64,000 nucleotides of DNA from an uncultured bacterium (GTDB lineage Bacteria; Krumholzibacteriota; Krumholzibacteriia; Krumholzibacteriales; Krumholzibacteriaceae). Position 1 is the first letter of the stretch. Each line of letters begins with the position of its first letter. The notes under the pieces are model-generated. The model ran no database searches and was not told the origin of the DNA. It worked only from the letters and a program-made list of their open reading frames with translations. The stretch is from positions 4,993 to 68,992 of the forward strand of contig CBDUQN010000007.1 of the NCBI GenBank assembly GCA_965369375.1, read 5' to 3'. Position numbers and translations under genes: made by a program. Positions 61,659 to 64,000 of the stretch are shown piece after piece.

Positions 61659-63980
61659 CTATCGAAGCAGAATCATTTTCTTTGTAGCTTTTTCTTCTTT
61701 CCAGATCAGTTGATAGAAGTAAATGCCGGAACTGACATCCTCCCCACGCGCATTCGTGCCATCCCAATCGATGCTATATGTGCCGGCATCCATGTTCTTG
61801 CTTAAAAGAGTATTCACCAGCTCACCTTTGACGTTATAAACACCGAGCGTCACATACGCGGAACCGGGAAGTCCAAAGTGCATCGTTGTCGTGGGATTAA
61901 AGGGATTAGGGTGATTTTGATATAAAACAACGGTGTTCGGAACAACGCTTTCTCCTAATGCAAGCGAACTGTTATCCAAAACAACGTACTGATCAATAGA
62001 GCGGGCAATGATCGTACTGCTGAAACAAAGCTCTCCCCGGGCGCGCGAGTTCCCATTTAATAATATTTTCACCGTAATGAGCTCGATATCAACGCCGGAA
62101 ATCTCGCGATCACCGAAGATCGCGCACGTCACTCTCTTCCGGGATTTGCTATTATCGATATTATCAACAATAAAGAACACATCACCCGATGAAGCCTGCA
62201 GCGCTTCACCTTTCTCTATCTTGATTGCATCGATTTGAGCATCGGCAACCTCTATCGTGGTCGTGAAGTACTTGAATCCCTGATCGGCGCTGCAGCGCAT
62301 GGAAACGAGAAGCTCTTCAGAATCGTCATCGCCGATTAGTATCGAGCGGATATCCGCTGAAAACCCGGATGCATGATCCTCGGCCGCAGCGTATGTTCTC
62401 ATCAGGCAGCATTCCGCCGCCGTTTTTTCTCCGAAACCCCAGTTCGCTCTGAAAACGTTTTTATCTATCACATTGATAATGCCGTCATGAGTGAGATCGA
62501 ACACGCTGATATCTCCCTGAATCGGGGGATAATTATCGGCAAAGGCGACGAGATCCCAGAATCCAACATAATAATCAGGGGCGACGTGCGGGTAGGCATA
62601 ACGGTTGTTTTTGCACGACCGGTCCGAGCCGGTGAAATCGCCCGCGATCCACCAGTGGCCACCGGGTTTACCGCTCCAGTGATTGAACCACTTGATTACA
62701 TCAGGAAAATCGATAATCCCGTTGTTGTCGTAATCCGCATCTTCGCAATAGCACGTTTCGCCCTCAGCTAATCCAAAAAGTCCTCTCAACAGAGCGAGAT
62801 CGTCCCGATCAACTACCCCATTGTCATCCAGATCGTATACGGGTATCGGATTAGCGTCTGTCCAGGACGTTGTCAGGTGATAAGAATCGGAAATGTGATA
62901 TGCAGCATCTCTGGCGACTACCCGTATGAAGTAATTTCCGATCTTCGTGAAATCGTAATATATAATATGTTCTGAAAGCGTACCGTACTTGCCGGAGTAA
63001 CTGATTAAATTCGTGTCCGGGTCGTAAAAATAGATATTGTAATCTTCCGGAAGATCCGTCAGCTCTATATCATACCGGCCCGAATCGCTGATAGCCACGG
63101 CAAACCAATCCTCATCGTGTTTCGGACAGATGTAGCCCTCTATTGAAAATTCCCGGGGCTGGGGTGTCGCATGGGCGGCATCATCATTCGGCTCATGCTC
63201 ATCAAAACTGCACGATCCCCGGTTTACAAGAATCTCCACGTCGTCAACCTGCGCGCCCTCGGGATAAGAGTTTTCCGAATTCGACCTGAACAGGAATCCC
63301 ACCCAAACGGTCGACTCACAGAGAAAACTGCCGTATCCCAGGACATCCGTCAAATCCAGGCTGTAGAATTGCTCGTGTGTGCCGGACCAATCGCGGCCCC
63401 AAAAATCAATGGAATCCGGTGACACCCCTATCATAAAACGGTCATCACCCGGCTCACTGTTCAACTTGAATTCAAAATTGACCACGGCGTCCAGGATCGC
63501 GGGATCCGATAGGTCGAACGGACCGCAAATCATCCAGCTCACCATGTTGTCGGGATAGTCTTCGCCGCATCCAATGGCCAGAGTACCACCTGCAGCGCAG
63601 CCGGCGCTCTCATCGCTACTGTTCCCGAACCAGCACATCCAGTCTCCCCAGTAAGCGTCGGCATTCAGGGCATATATCAGCCATTTTATCCCCGGAAAAT
63701 CACCCTCCATACCATCATAAAAAATCGTTTCCCAGCCAGCAGGGGCTCCCAGCCGCGGCTGAGTGCTTCGAGAAGCTTCTCCCCCCACCAGGCGAGCTTC
63801 GGGAGATAGCGAAAAGGTGACAGGTTCGGCGGTTGTCGAATGTCCTGGTTGGTTTCCTGATTCGTCGGCTAACGGTGAACTTTGATTTGCCGTCAAGTGA
63901 GCAATAAAAGCCGAAGTGATAACGGCGAGCATCAAGCAGTAACAAATTTTTCTAATCACGATAGCAATGCCTCCATTCAA
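61659..63980 (-). CDS. secreted multidomain T9SS cargo protein with pre-peptidase C-terminal (PPC) domain and dockerin-like repeat pair
   Basis: Signal peptide; a PPC-like segment (HEPNDDAAHATPQ...GYICP..DEDWFAVAISDSGRYDIELTD...YNIYFYD); two Ca-binding-type dockerin repeats (DLDDNGVVDRDDLALLRGLF and DADYDNNGIIDFPDVIKWF); Por-secretion tail (NHPNPFNPTTTMHF...GIYFYQL...KKMILLR). Confidence 0.6.
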   Translation of the reverse strand: MNGGIAIVIRKICYCLMLAVITSAFIAHLTANQSSPLADESGNQPGHSTTAEPVTFSLSPEARLVGGEASRSTQPRLGAPAGWETIFYDGMEGDFPGIKWLIYALNADAYWGDWMCWFGNSSDESAGCAAGGTLAIGCGEDYPDNMVSWMICGPFDLSDPAILDAVVNFEFKLNSEPGDDRFMIGVSPDSIDFWGRDWSGTHEQFYSLDLTDVLGYGSFLCESTVWVGFLFRSNSENSYPEGAQVDDVEILVNRGSCSFDEHEPNDDAAHATPQPREFSIEGYICPKHDEDWFAVAISDSGRYDIELTDLPEDYNIYFYDPDTNLISYSGKYGTLSEHIIYYDFTKIGNYFIRVVARDAAYHISDSYHLTTSWTDANPIPVYDLDDNGVVDRDDLALLRGLFGLAEGETCYCEDADYDNNGIIDFPDVIKWFNHWSGKPGGHWWIAGDFTGSDRSCKNNRYAYPHVAPDYYVGFWDLVAFADNYPPIQGDISVFDLTHDGIINVIDKNVFRANWGFGEKTAAECCLMRTYAAAEDHASGFSADIRSILIGDDDSEELLVSMRCSADQGFKYFTTTIEVADAQIDAIKIEKGEALQASSGDVFFIVDNIDNSKSRKRVTCAIFGDREISGVDIELITVKILLNGNSRARGELCFSSTIIARSIDQYVVLDNSSLALGESVVPNTVVLYQNHPNPFNPTTTMHFGLPGSAYVTLGVYNVKGELVNTLLSKNMDAGTYSIDWDGTNARGEDVSSGIYFYQLIWKEEKATKKMILLR

Positions 63981-64000
63981 TCCTTTCTATTCGAATAATA

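Overview
High-GC bacterial chromosomal window (~58% GC), almost entirely coding, with about 85% of genes on the minus strand. The gene content is housekeeping plus cell-envelope/LPS, sigma-54/PTS and Type IX secretion (T9SS) genes, which suggests an organism from the Fibrobacteres-Chlorobi-Bacteroidetes (FCB) superphylum or a related candidate phylum. Left to right:

- **1-13.1 kb:** a Bacillus-like translation super-operon on the minus strand, in transcription order rimP-nusA-infB-DUF503-rbfA-nrnA(DHH)-truB-ribF-rpsO-pnp, followed by an M16 peptidase, dut and a truncated polysaccharide deacetylase.
- **13.2-20.6 kb:** an M28/glutaminyl-cyclase-like lipoprotein gene directly downstream of a 2164-aa SprA-like giant outer-membrane protein, the putative T9SS translocon.
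- **21.0-25.3 kb (plus strand):** an lptF/lptG-family permease pair and a GWxTD-like secreted protein.
- **25.4-42.2 kb (minus strand):** a 16-kb co-directional array, in transcription order lptC-lptB-rpoN-lipA-hpf-hprK-EIIA(Man)-EIIB(Man)-GH57 4-alpha-glucanotransferase-EIIC-EIID-ptsH-ptsI-PGI/PMI-sugar nucleotidyltransferase-metK-ahcY.
- **42.2-43.2 kb:** an LpxL-family acyltransferase.
- **43.5-46.8 kb (plus strand):** a glycyl-radical enzyme (GRE) of the PFL2/glycerol-dehydratase family with a compact PflA-type activase, inserted between kdsD and the lpxL-lptC-lptB-rpoN cluster of the LPS locus.
- **46.8-54.2 kb:** kdsD-kdsA-pyrG-kdsB, a split class I fumarate hydratase, an MBL-fold hydrolase, and rplU-rpmA with clear rho-independent terminators.
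- **54.3-64.0 kb:** a subtilisin-like protease, a cohesin-like protein and a dockerin/PPC-domain protein that each carry a T9SS C-terminal sorting domain, plus a signal-peptide hypothetical protein and a Ser/Thr kinase-TPR protein. A 700-bp AT-rich non-coding gap here contains direct repeats and a palindromic operator-like site.

No rRNA, tRNA, CRISPR array or mobile element was recognised. Coordinates follow the supplied ORF track and may be off by 1-2 nt where I re-derived starts by hand.
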